Of a DNA stretch of 64,000 nucleotides, positions 28,113 through 37,423 are shown one piece after another (the stretch's first letter is position 1; each line of letters begins with the position of its first letter). The notes beneath the pieces are model-generated. The model made no database searches. It was not told the origin of the DNA and saw nothing but the letters and a program-made list of their open reading frames with translations. The position numbers and the translations under genes are program-made. Origin of the DNA: an uncultured Gammaproteobacteria bacterium (lineage in GTDB: Bacteria > Patescibacteriota > Microgenomatia > UBA10105 > UBA927); the NCBI GenBank assembly GCA_964573695.1, contig CAZNKB010000006.1, positions 8,879-72,878 of the forward strand, read 5' to 3'.

Positions 28113-28487
28113 TTACTTGGTCTTCGAGCTTCCGGTCCACACCAGTTTCACATCTTGTTTTATCACCTTGTCCGCAAGTTCCTGAGCTTCCTTGTACTGA
28201 CCTGCTTTGATAAGCTGTCGGACCGTCTCGATAGCCGGTTTGGCGACGCCGTCTTCGTAGTCCCGTAAATAAGGAACAATCACATGGGATATCTCCGAAA
28301 AGTTGTCATCTAAGTGTGGCAGTGTTTTGTATAATTCCTCGAGACTCATGCCGGGCTTGAGTCGTTCGAGAATCATCTGCGCCAATGTTTGCGCACGCTC
28401 CTCACTCATCTCCTCTGCTTCGACTTTTTGTTTGATAAGGTCGACAATATCGGCCTCTATTTGCTCTCTGATGTCATCGGGGGACAT
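28113..28487 (-). CDS. hypothetical acidic helical protein
   Basis: 124 aa; GATACT 6 nt upstream. Confidence 0.7.
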   Translation of the reverse strand: MSPDDIREQIEADIVDLIKQKVEAEEMSEERAQTLAQMILERLKPGMSLEELYKTLPHLDDNFSEISHVIVPYLRDYEDGVAKPAIETVRQLIKAGQYKEAQELADKVIKQDVKLVWTGSSKTK

Positions 28488-28543
28488 ATCTCTAGTATCA
28501 CGTATAAGTAGACAGGGATCAAGAGGGGAGGAGTGGGAAATGG

Positions 28544-29434
28544 TCAGGCTGCAAGGAATTTATCGTCGTTTTGGGAAGGATAAGGGAATATCATGCCTTT
28601 TGTTTTGGAAAGCGCATTGATTTGCGTGCTATTGTCTATTTGTTTTACAAGCGCCTCCAGAGCTTCGGGCACTGCTCCGTAGACAAAACGGCGTAAGGTG
28701 GTAAGGTCCAGATGATCCCAGGTGGGAATTTCAAAAAGCAGCTGCGGTTGTAAATTCGGATCTTTTTGGATATAGCATCGAAGCGGCTCCGTTTTGTCGT
28801 AGAGTTCGGTGCCTCCGTTTTGGATCGAAACTCCTCCTGCCGCCATGGTGATGTCTCGTTCTCCATGCGTTTTGATGACGTTCATGATATCCGACATGTC
28901 ATAGGGTCTCATTTTTCCCGCGACGCGCACGAGTACTGTCGCAGGGTGTGCCGACGGATCGGTAATGTCGATTCCGGTGAGAGCGGTACATATTTCAAAG
29001 TTTTTTCCTGATTGTGACAGTGCCCCATTTTCCTGATCCGAAAGCCAATGATCTAAACTAATGGGTTTTTCCAGGACTTTCGGGATATCGTCCGGGGCAT
29101 CGGCGTTATAACTTACCTGTACCGTGTCGGAATACAATCGTATGGTGCGACCTGGTCTCGTACTCACGTCTCCCAATAGACCCTCGCATGCTGTGTTGTT
29201 GACCGCTCCCTGGACAAGAAGTCCGGTTACGTCCTGCAAGGCTTTTTCCTTTGCGACTTCAAAGGGCCACTCGGACGGTGAGCTGTTGACCGGCTTGTGA
29301 ATGACAGTTTCCGTAAATCCGGGTGTCACTTGATGTACGCGATCAGGCGTGAGGAGGGATCGAAACGCCATTATGCGTTCTTTTGAAGATGTCACAACAT
29401 CAAGATAAATTGGTCGCTCGTTTTTGAGTGCCAT
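28544..29434 (-). CDS. divergent Maf/ITPase-fold protein
   Basis: VVTSSKER, VAKEKA, SDTV, VLEKP and AAGG parallel the Maf motifs LASxSPRR, AxxKA, ADT, ILEKP and AGGY. Confidence 0.6.
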   Translation of the reverse strand: MALKNERPIYLDVVTSSKERIMAFRSLLTPDRVHQVTPGFTETVIHKPVNSSPSEWPFEVAKEKALQDVTGLLVQGAVNNTACEGLLGDVSTRPGRTIRLYSDTVQVSYNADAPDDIPKVLEKPISLDHWLSDQENGALSQSGKNFEICTALTGIDITDPSAHPATVLVRVAGKMRPYDMSDIMNVIKTHGERDITMAAGGVSIQNGGTELYDKTEPLRCYIQKDPNLQPQLLFEIPTWDHLDLTTLRRFVYGAVPEALEALVKQIDNSTQINALSKTKGMIFPYPSQNDDKFLAA

Positions 29435-29613
29435 GTGTATAAATATAATGAACGGAAACGAGCAGGGTAAACAAAAAACTCACGATAAATGATTTTTGTT
29501 GATCGTGAATTTACCCTTTCTTTATACATGAGAGCATCGGTTGCCGGTCAACTGAGGAAAAATGAGAGAATCTATATCAAAGTACGGCAATATTTTGTAT
29601 AATGGCGATTCTT

Positions 29614-30021
29614 ATGACGATTATAGAGTTGACACTCAGTACACCAGAACCGGTTGGCAGGACTATCACCTCTGGTCGGTTGAGGACGCTTGCAGAAACG
29701 GCATGGGCACGAGAATTGGCGCCGGGCACGCGGCGGGAAAATGTCACCGATGACCGGTGGAATCATCAAAGCCATAGCTGGTGGCTTACAGTCCGACGTG
29801 ACGGTATCGGCGTTTTGGAAATCAAACCGGAATGGCAACACGCCGAAATTCATGTGGTACATCATCGTCGGCCTCAACGATTGCGCGGGGTTATTTACAC
29901 GCTGGATAAGCCGCAAGTCCAGCTACTCGCTGGATCTCAGATTATGGATGAAGAGGGTCGTAAAGAAACGATGCTGTTTAAATTGATCTGTTGCACCGAC
30001 GGCAAAACACTTCCGTTTTGA
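29614..30021 (+). CDS. hypothetical protein
   Basis: ORF preceded by TATAAT; start uncertain. Confidence 0.5.
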   Translation: MTIIELTLSTPEPVGRTITSGRLRTLAETAWARELAPGTRRENVTDDRWNHQSHSWWLTVRRDGIGVLEIKPEWQHAEIHVVHHRRPQRLRGVIYTLDKPQVQLLAGSQIMDEEGRKETMLFKLICCTDGKTLPF

Positions 30022-30080
30022 AGCAGAGTCGCATAAATTCCCAATGGAAATATTCATACTAATCCGGTAGGATACATACC

Positions 30081-31358
30081 ATGCTTCCCTATACCAAAAC
30101 AGTCTTACCAAATGGGCTTCGTTTGATCCTTGTTCCCATGGAAGGAGTCAACAGTGTGGCTACCTCCGTTATGGTCGGCGTAGGGAGTCGTTATGAAACA
30201 GCACACATCAATGGTATTTCTCATTTTTTGGAGCACATGGTGTTTAAGGGGACGGATAAATATCCGACGACAGACGACGTCAACACGATCGAACGTGCAG
30301 GGGGTCTTCAGAATGCCTATACCGATATAGACATTACCAATTACCATAACAAAGTCCTGAGTGAGGATTGGTTGCTTGCTTTGGATATCAATAAGGAGTT
30401 GGCGATACATCCCAAGCTGCCGGAGGAGTGGGTGGATCGCGAGCGCGATGTCATTTTGGAAGAAATGAAGCGCTATGAGGATGAGCCGGCAAACAAAGTA
30501 GAAGAAGTCTATCACGGTTTGCTTTATCCCAACACAAAGCTTGGTATGCGCATCATCGGAGAGGAAGCGAGCTTGCGTTCGGTGGGAGCCAAAGAGCTGC
30601 GAGGATATCATGATTCCTGGTATGCGCCAGAGCGCATGGTCATTATGCTTGCAGGTAGATTGGCAGAGCATAGTAGTAAGATAGCGGAACAGGTAGAGGC
30701 GTGGTTTGCTCCCCTCCAGAAGAAAAAAACCGGAGATATCGATGTGGTTACTCCTATGCAAAAGGAGCCGCAGCTTGCCGTGGTCACGAAGCGGGAGGCG
30801 GCACAGGCGCATATGATTATCGGGCTTCGGGCATTTGAGCGCAGTAGCGAGGACCGGTTTGCCTGGAATTTATTTAACCTTATCATGGGGGTGTCGTTTA
30901 CCAGCAGGCTGTTCAAAGAAATCCGGGAGAAACGCGGACTTTGTTACCACGTGCGTAGCGGAAGTTCTTCGTATCACGATGTCGGAAGCTGGGATATCTA
31001 TGCGGGCGTGGCAACAGACAAGGTGGAAGAAGCAACCAAAGCAATTATGGAAGAGCTTGCCAAAGCAAAAGCCAAAGGTATCACGGAAGATGAGCTTGCT
31101 GTGGCCCGTAAGCGTCTCAAAACTATGCTTGCGTTTAGAAGTGAAGACCCTGAATTCTGGACCGAATGGTACGGGCGAGCTGAACTTTTTGGTATGCCGC
31201 TCATGACACTTGAAGACTATATCAAAAAGATAGATATTGTAACAAAAGAAGACATTAATGCCTTGATTATCAAGTACTTTAGAACCGAGCGCCTGAATAT
31301 GTCGCTTGTGTGGAGTAAGCCTCGTGACGAGAATCTTCTGAATTTGCTTCACCTATAA
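30081..31358 (+). CDS. M16 family (pitrilysin-like) zinc peptidase
   Basis: GISHFLEHMVFKGT, NAYT and SRLFKEIREKRGLCY. Confidence 0.95.
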   Translation: MLPYTKTVLPNGLRLILVPMEGVNSVATSVMVGVGSRYETAHINGISHFLEHMVFKGTDKYPTTDDVNTIERAGGLQNAYTDIDITNYHNKVLSEDWLLALDINKELAIHPKLPEEWVDRERDVILEEMKRYEDEPANKVEEVYHGLLYPNTKLGMRIIGEEASLRSVGAKELRGYHDSWYAPERMVIMLAGRLAEHSSKIAEQVEAWFAPLQKKKTGDIDVVTPMQKEPQLAVVTKREAAQAHMIIGLRAFERSSEDRFAWNLFNLIMGVSFTSRLFKEIREKRGLCYHVRSGSSSYHDVGSWDIYAGVATDKVEEATKAIMEELAKAKAKGITEDELAVARKRLKTMLAFRSEDPEFWTEWYGRAELFGMPLMTLEDYIKKIDIVTKEDINALIIKYFRTERLNMSLVWSKPRDENLLNLLHL

Positions 31359-31370
31359 TTGATTTCTTGA

Positions 31371-31619
31371 TTATTTCTGCTCGCGGTGGAGGCGGGAGGC
31401 GGTCTCTGCGAGCATGGTGTGCCACTTGGCGATAGCATGAAAAATCAGTCCCTCTACGTGTAGCTCTGCTTGTTCGACGAAATCTAGTTCCCGACCTGCC
31501 TGAGCCGCAAAGGCATCATTTAACGACGCGATTGAACGTGCTTGGCGAGCAAGCCGGTATTGTGCTGCTATCGGATCAACATTGGTTTCGTCTGCGGGGC
31601 GTCTCCTGGTGTGCATCAT
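31371..31619 (-). CDS. small helical hypothetical protein, divergent from adk copy 1
   Basis: ORF with upstream TATAAT. Confidence 0.5.
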   Translation of the reverse strand: MMHTRRRPADETNVDPIAAQYRLARQARSIASLNDAFAAQAGRELDFVEQAELHVEGLIFHAIAKWHTMLAETASRLHREQK

Positions 31620-31652
31620 GAGAACGGTATTATAGTGCATGCGAGTAATATG

Positions 31653-31681
31653 TTGCAATAATAAGAACTATAGGTTATAAT
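31653..31681 (+). promoter_or_regulatory. sigma70-type promoter of adk copy 1
   Basis: TTGCAA-17 nt-TATAAT. Confidence 0.7.
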
Positions 31682-31703
31682 TTGTCCTTCGTTATGCCCG
31701 TAT

Positions 31704-32333
31704 ATGCAACCTACTATAATCGGATTACTCGGTAAACCGTTGGCGGGGAAAGACACTGTTGCCCGTGCACTTGCAGACTCGCTTCCGAATCTCGCTACAA
31801 TTTCCATGGGAGAGGTAGTGCGGGAGGTGAAAGCAGTGGGACCTGCTCACCGTTTTTGGAATGAATTACATGATTCTATAGGTATAGCCGATGCTGGCGG
31901 TATCGCTCCGGACGGACCTATTTTCGAATGTCTGACCAAGCTTATCACCGAGCAGTTTGACAAGGGCGCGGAAACAGTTGTTTGGGTTGCCGGCCCGAGA
32001 AGTGAGCAGCAGCTAGACTGGTTGGATTCGTGGACAAAAGATTGCGGATATCAAGAACAATTCGTGTATATCGATGTCCCGGATGAAATGGTGTATGAGC
32101 GGGTTAGTGAGCGCGCTGCACACATGAGAGAAGATGACAAGGTGGTTCCCTATAGACTTGCCGAGTTTGAACGGATTACCAAGCCAGTTATAGATCGGCT
32201 TCGGGAGCAGGGGAGAATCCGCGAGATAAGTGGCTTGGGTGGGAGAGAAGCCGTGGGTTCGCGTGCTGTGGAGATATTTATGCCCGTACAAAAAGAACAC
32301 GAGCCTACATTACCCACGATGGCGCGACGATAA
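31704..32333 (+). CDS. adenylate/nucleoside monophosphate kinase, short-LID type
   Basis: GKPLAGKDT P-loop, ISMGEVVR, REDD...RLAEF; DGFPR replaced by AGPR. Confidence 0.8.
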   Translation: MQPTIIGLLGKPLAGKDTVARALADSLPNLATISMGEVVREVKAVGPAHRFWNELHDSIGIADAGGIAPDGPIFECLTKLITEQFDKGAETVVWVAGPRSEQQLDWLDSWTKDCGYQEQFVYIDVPDEMVYERVSERAAHMREDDKVVPYRLAEFERITKPVIDRLREQGRIREISGLGGREAVGSRAVEIFMPVQKEHEPTLPTMARR

Positions 32334-32349
32334 TCGGCACGTTTGTATA

Positions 32350-33174
32350 TTAGCGTGAGGAGGATTTCTGTTTGGACGCAGACCGCGCTAAGCGCTTAAG
32401 GCGAATTTTGATGTCATCGACTTCGTTAGTTATGAGTTCCAGTTCTTTGGATAGTGTTGACTTCTGTATATGCCGCGCTTCTTCCATTTCTTCACGCACT
32501 TCCTCAAAGCCACTGATGACGACCCCGATAAACAAATTTAGGATAATCATGGTTCCCACAACGATAAAACTGACGTAGTAAAGCGTCGAGATAAGTGAAT
32601 ATGACTGCAGGGAGTAGATTTCTACCCAGCCCTCTAATGTGACGATCTCAAAAAGGGTGATAAGCGAGCGCCCCAAGTCGCCGAAGTGCGCAGGATCAGA
32701 ATCACCGAATTCTACGTTTCCTATGACAGCATAGATATAGAATTGTATAAAAAGGAGAAGTCCCACATACCCGATAGACGGAATGCTTTTGATGAGTGCA
32801 CCTACGAGGAGTTGAAGGCGGGGAAGCGCGGAAAATACTCGAAAGATCCGCAATATGCGCACGAGTCGCAAGACCGAGGCGTACGCGCCTCCGAATGGCA
32901 GATAAAAAAGACTGGTGACGGCAAAGTCAAATGTATTCCATTTCGAGCGGAAAAATCTCCAGGGTTTATTGCCCAGAGCCAATATCCGCAGCGTAATTTC
33001 CACGGTGAAGATGATTTGGATGATTGTGTCCAGGGTGGCAAACAGTGGATGGAATCGATTGGAAAGATTAGGATACGTTTCTAGTCCTACAGCAAGCGAA
33101 GCGACAAGGATAACTCCCATGATGAAGGGGGCAAACAGACGATGTTGCGTGATCGTGCGTCCTATTGCATTCAT
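32350..33174 (-). CDS. bacterial voltage-gated cation channel (BacNav/Cav family)
   Basis: WNTFDF; S4 LRLVRILRIFRV; filter TLEGWVE; S6 LNLFIGVVI; C-terminal coiled coil. Confidence 0.92.
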   Translation of the reverse strand: MNAIGRTITQHRLFAPFIMGVILVASLAVGLETYPNLSNRFHPLFATLDTIIQIIFTVEITLRILALGNKPWRFFRSKWNTFDFAVTSLFYLPFGGAYASVLRLVRILRIFRVFSALPRLQLLVGALIKSIPSIGYVGLLLFIQFYIYAVIGNVEFGDSDPAHFGDLGRSLITLFEIVTLEGWVEIYSLQSYSLISTLYYVSFIVVGTMIILNLFIGVVISGFEEVREEMEEARHIQKSTLSKELELITNEVDDIKIRLKRLARSASKQKSSSR

Positions 33175-33225
33175 GAATATGGATTATAGAAGAATATTTT
33201 TTGGTGGGCAACGATTACTACGCTT

Positions 33226-33465
33226 TTATCTGGTCCGCCTGGGTTTTTGGGCTTCGAGCAGCGTGTGGCGTTCGGTATGAGTTGCCGCATTGCCGAACTG
33301 GGTACGGGATCTCCGTTCATATTGCTCCGCTTCTTCGTGCCGGCCCATTTTAGCAAATATCTCCGCTAACCGGTGATAGACGGCAGACAGATCCCACGCG
33401 AGCTGCGTCATTTTTTCCTCTGTTTGTTGGTGATCTAATATGACCTCAATGGGTTTTGTTGCCAT
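33226..33465 (-). CDS. small helical hypothetical protein, divergent from adk copy 2
   Basis: TACAAT 6 nt upstream of the ATG. Confidence 0.55.
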   Translation of the reverse strand: MATKPIEVILDHQQTEEKMTQLAWDLSAVYHRLAEIFAKMGRHEEAEQYERRSRTQFGNAATHTERHTLLEAQKPRRTR

Positions 33466-33661
33466 ACACGTATTGTATCGTATGTGTCACGCAGTGTATT
33501 GTTTTTTCTCTGAGGCCAAAGGAATTGGCCGCACGGAAAAAACGGGGAGACGAGTGAAAAGCGCTTGCAATTGTAGACACTGCATATTATGTGTGTGATC
33601 GAGAAGCAGAAGTCAGGTATTTGAACCTGAATGGGTATTATAACAAAGAGGAAAATACTTG

Positions 33662-33690
33662 TTGCAAAGAATTATACTATAGGTTATAAT
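33662..33690 (+). promoter_or_regulatory. sigma70-type promoter of adk copy 2
   Basis: TTGCAA-17 nt-TATAAT; shares ACTATAGGTTATAATT with the copy 1 promoter. Confidence 0.7.
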
Positions 33691-33698
33691 TAAATTTA

Positions 33699-34343
33699 GT
33701 GAAGCCGATCCTCCTTGCAATCATAGGCAAACCCCTTGCCGGCAAAGATACCCAGGCAGATTTACTTGTCGCAGCTCACCCCGAGGCGGTCAAAATATCT
33801 ACAGGGCACATTATGCGTGCGGTGCGTGAGGAAGGCGAAACCCATAGATTTTGGCCTCTTATCGGGCCGTATATCCCCATGATGGAGCAGGGGCTTAAGC
33901 TACCGGATGAACCTACAATTGCGATGCTAGGAGAAGTGATACAAGAGCAGCTTACTGAGGGGAAGCGACTGCTGGTTGTTGCCGGTTCTCCCAGGGGTAC
34001 GGAACAGCTCGAAGGGTTTGAGCGTATCGCAAGCACAACCGGCGCCAAGCTGGTGCTCGTTCATATGGATGCGACCGATGAAGAAACCTACAAAAGAAGT
34101 GCTGCCCGCAACGAGGGAAGGGTAGACGACACACCCCAGGTTCATAAGGTACGGCTTACGGAGTACGAAGAGTATGTCGGGCCTATGGTGGATAAACTCG
34201 CCCGCGAAAACAGGCTTATTTGGGTCAACGGTATGCAGCCGGTTGAGGGGGTATTTCGGCAGTTAGAGCAACAGTTACGTCAGCACATGCTCGACCCTGA
34301 AATCGCCCCGGAAATTACCTTGCCCGCCATGGCCCGCCGTTAA
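33699..34343 (+). CDS. adenylate/nucleoside monophosphate kinase, short-LID type
   Basis: GKPLAGKDTQA, ISTGHIMR, AGSPR and GRVDD...RLTEY. Confidence 0.85.
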   Translation: MKPILLAIIGKPLAGKDTQADLLVAAHPEAVKISTGHIMRAVREEGETHRFWPLIGPYIPMMEQGLKLPDEPTIAMLGEVIQEQLTEGKRLLVVAGSPRGTEQLEGFERIASTTGAKLVLVHMDATDEETYKRSAARNEGRVDDTPQVHKVRLTEYEEYVGPMVDKLARENRLIWVNGMQPVEGVFRQLEQQLRQHMLDPEIAPEITLPAMARR

Positions 34344-34386
34344 TATACAGGGCTTCTAGTCCTACATTGAATGGATAATCGTCACT

Positions 34387-34644
34387 TCACCGTACCCTTT
34401 GGAGTCGGGGGAGTAGTCGATGAGGAATGGTTTTGTGTTCTTTGCGCGTAGGGAATCCACTTCTTTCCGCTTCTTCTACTGTTGCCATACGGAGGCCATG
34501 TTTTTCGAAATAAGCCGCGAGCGCGGGTCTCACGCTCTCTCGGTCAACGACATGGGTCATGATATTGCTGATGTCTGCAATGTGCACGTGTCCATTGGGC
34601 TCAACGACGATAATTTGATTACCTAAGACAACTTCATGGGTCAC
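34387..34644 (-). CDS. small hypothetical protein
   Basis: 85-aa ORF. Confidence 0.45.
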   Translation of the reverse strand: MTHEVVLGNQIIVVEPNGHVHIADISNIMTHVVDRESVRPALAAYFEKHGLRMATVEEAERSGFPTRKEHKTIPHRLLPRLQRVR

Positions 34645-34670
34645 AAAGCAATGATACCACTAGAGAAGTT

Positions 34671-35006
34671 TCACCTGTGTTTTGAGAATTGCTCGTATTT
34701 ATTATGGTGCGGTCGTCGTTTTGGCAGAGTCGTCGGTTGATTGAGTGAAGATAGGAGTTCTCGTATGCTACCCACTCGGGCGCCACGGCTTACCGACATA
34801 AGGGCCGCGAAGTCTTTGGCTGCTGCCCGCGTGCCATGCTCTACAGTCCAGCCGATGCCCTCGTGGCCGAACATGCGGGAAAGGTCGATAGCAATATTGC
34901 GCTCATATGTGCCTTCCGACTCAAGAACCCCGCGTTTCCGGACGTCTACCGATCGTTTTTTCCACCCACCACGCCCGTCTGCTACCATGATTTCCCGTTT
35001 TGGCAT
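34671..35006 (-). CDS. small basic hypothetical protein
   Basis: ORF; start uncertain. Confidence 0.45.
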   Translation of the reverse strand: MPKREIMVADGRGGWKKRSVDVRKRGVLESEGTYERNIAIDLSRMFGHEGIGWTVEHGTRAAAKDFAALMSVSRGARVGSIRELLSSLNQPTTLPKRRPHHNKYEQFSKHR

Positions 35007-35092
35007 TGTGATTGAGTTCACGATACCTCTGTGTAAATACTTTTTTCAAGATATTTTTTTTGAATTCCATATCTGATATACTCATGAGTCCT

Positions 35093-35509
35093 ATGATCGA
35101 AAAAACCGTTGTTCTCATTAAGCCGGACGGCATGGAAAAACACGTCGTCGGTGAAATCATTACCCGTTTTGAGAAGGCTGGATTGAGACTGGCAGCGCTT
35201 AAGTTAGTTCAGCTCACTCAGCCTATCCTCGATACGTGGTACGCACACCACAAAGACAAGCCGTTTTTTCCTGAATTGTCGAAACAAATGATGTCTACTC
35301 CCGTTGTTGCGATAGTGCTGGAAGGCGACGGGGTGATCCAGAAGGTATTTGATATTTGCGGTCCGACTGACCCGGCGGAAGCTGCTCCAGGCACGATTCG
35401 ACGGGATTTCGGAGTGGATAAGCCGCACAATGTGGTTCACCGGTCTGATTCCGCCGAGGCCGCAGCCAAAGAAATCAGCCTGTTGTTTGGGTCCAGTGAC
35501 ATATATTAG
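35093..35509 (+). CDS. ndk: nucleoside diphosphate kinase
   Basis: EKTVVLIKPDG, YAHHKDKPFF, GPTDP...PGTIRRDFG and NVVHRSDS. Confidence 0.96.
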   Translation: MIEKTVVLIKPDGMEKHVVGEIITRFEKAGLRLAALKLVQLTQPILDTWYAHHKDKPFFPELSKQMMSTPVVAIVLEGDGVIQKVFDICGPTDPAEAAPGTIRRDFGVDKPHNVVHRSDSAEAAAKEISLLFGSSDIY

Positions 35510-35556
35510 GGTGCATATTTGAAAGTCATGCACCTGTGCGATACAATACAGTTTCT

Positions 35557-35787
35557 ATGGCAGGTATAGGTATTCTTAAAGAAGCGGGGCTTAGATTGCT
35601 TGGGGTCAGACCAACCCAACAGGAAGATCTCATGCATTACGTCCCACAAGCCCTAATGCAAAACGGTGGCGTGCCGCCTCTAAAACCGGAAGAGAAGCCG
35701 CGTCGGAAATCAGCAAGAGCTATCCGCCGGGAACTCGAAGCAGCGGCAAAAGCCTCATTTACCTCAGGTCGTACTACCAGGCGTTGA
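35557..35787 (+). CDS. small hypothetical protein
   Basis: ORF with upstream TACAAT. Confidence 0.45.
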   Translation: MAGIGILKEAGLRLLGVRPTQQEDLMHYVPQALMQNGGVPPLKPEEKPRRKSARAIRRELEAAAKASFTSGRTTRR

Positions 35788-35883
35788 GTGGATTATCGTT
35801 CCCCATGCATCGATCGGTGAAACGTCACTTTTTGGCCTTTTGACGGCGTATTTAGTATAATTCCCTTTTCTTTGGGAGAATAT

Positions 35884-36201
35884 ATGACGCTAAAGGAAGC
35901 TGAGGGATTTCTATTACATCCAAGGTCACGGCATAGCAGACCGATTTCCGTGATGTTTACGCGGGAAAACGGTCTTGCTGATCTGACTATTACCGCTGAC
36001 GGAGAACAGCTATTTTCCGGGCGGGTATTAGGGGCGTTTGCCGGAATTCTAAAAACGGTGGCGGAAATGGAAGAAGCCGCACGTGTGGCAAAAGGTGACA
36101 ATGACATGATGAAGTACTTCGGCTGCATGTTTATCGCCCGTACCGGACGAACTCAGATAGCGAGCCGCCTAAACATTCCTGAGTTGGCTGAGTACGATTA
36201 G
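35884..36201 (+). CDS. hypothetical protein
   Basis: ORF with upstream TATAAT. Confidence 0.5.
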   Translation: MTLKEAEGFLLHPRSRHSRPISVMFTRENGLADLTITADGEQLFSGRVLGAFAGILKTVAEMEEAARVAKGDNDMMKYFGCMFIARTGRTQIASRLNIPELAEYD

Positions 36202-36210
36202 CAATTTTCC

Positions 36211-36492
36211 ATGTATACCCCTGAACACAAAAAACGCGTTGGCGGTCGTATGTATTATTCCCAAGTGGGGCTGGCTCAGGAGCAGGACGGGTATGTGTCG
36301 GTTTCCCTTATCGCGCTTATCCATGAGCCGAAGATCGTGACCCGTTCCATGCGGCTACGCATTCCCATGCATCGGTATATTCATTTTTTGGAGGCACTTC
36401 AGGCGCAAACGCATGCGCGGTTTTCTTTAGGAAGGAGCGAATATTTCCGAAAAACCAGATATCTGCGTACAGTGATGCACTGGGGAGTATAG
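36211..36492 (+). CDS. hypothetical protein
   Basis: 93-aa ORF 9 nt after the previous stop. Confidence 0.45.
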   Translation: MYTPEHKKRVGGRMYYSQVGLAQEQDGYVSVSLIALIHEPKIVTRSMRLRIPMHRYIHFLEALQAQTHARFSLGRSEYFRKTRYLRTVMHWGV

Positions 36493-36515
36493 GCAGGCGA
36501 TTATGTACGGGTTAT

Positions 36516-37382
36516 TTAGCCGAGCGCGTGTAAAACGATTCGGAATGTTTCGAAGAGACCATAGACGCCGAGTCCGATAAAAGCAAGAGCCCCCAAAAAC
36601 GAAACCACTTCGTTCTTCACGACGATAATTGTTTTTTTGGGAGAGAGGAAGAGCGCGATATTGAGTAACGTGTGTGAAGCGATGACACCTATGGCGAATC
36701 CATATACGTTGACGACCGTAAACAATGGTACATAGCCAGCAAAATCATCCAGTCCCAAGATAAAGGGTACACTTGCAGAAAATATGAGGAGCTGCGGCCA
36801 GGGCAAGCTGGATTTTCCTTTCATGGCACTTCCTAAGTCTGGCATGACTCTGCGGAGGAGCGGATCGATGATTTTTTTGACCCGATCAAGGAGTCCATGC
36901 ATAAGGTAAAACAGAATGCGCTTCATCCCTCCCTGGCCCTGCCAGTTCGCAAAATGCTCCAGCGATCCGTGCGCAAGCTCAAAGAGAACCAAAGAGGCGA
37001 TAAATACCATAAGTGCGAGCAGAAGGTCGACGTGTTTGAGTGTGACCCATAGGCCGATAATGGCAATAGTGCCGATTGTATTGCCGGCAGCGGTGCCGAT
37101 TTCAAGAGCGATGCGATTGCGCCAGCCTGGATTGGCCGCCATCATTCTGCCGATAAATATGGCGAAGTCGATACTGGTTTTAAGATATATGGTCGAGCCG
37201 ACGAGGATGTCTACCCAGCGGATTTCGAGGTGGATTTTTTCCGATGAAGGGATGAGGTTAAATATAACGATTGCCCCGTGCAGTAGCCCTAGGAATCCCG
37301 CCATAACTACTCCGGTCAAGGCAATAGGGATAAACTGGGAAAGAGCGGATGAGCGGTCGATTTTTTCCAAAAGTCTGTTCAT
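36516..37382 (-). CDS. CadD-like (LysE superfamily) membrane transporter
   Basis: TSIDFAIF and GLDDFAGYVPLF resemble the CadD motifs TNIDD and GGDNIGIYVPLF; multi-TM. Confidence 0.6.
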   Translation of the reverse strand: MNRLLEKIDRSSALSQFIPIALTGVVMAGFLGLLHGAIVIFNLIPSSEKIHLEIRWVDILVGSTIYLKTSIDFAIFIGRMMAANPGWRNRIALEIGTAAGNTIGTIAIIGLWVTLKHVDLLLALMVFIASLVLFELAHGSLEHFANWQGQGGMKRILFYLMHGLLDRVKKIIDPLLRRVMPDLGSAMKGKSSLPWPQLLIFSASVPFILGLDDFAGYVPLFTVVNVYGFAIGVIASHTLLNIALFLSPKKTIIVVKNEVVSFLGALAFIGLGVYGLFETFRIVLHALG

Positions 37383-37423
37383 GAAGATATATTGTAACAA
37401 ATAAGACGTGCGAATACTTACGA

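Noticed and set aside
32310-34343. LPTMA/LPAMA kinase tails as sortase signals
   Set aside because: No following TM segment and no signal peptide.
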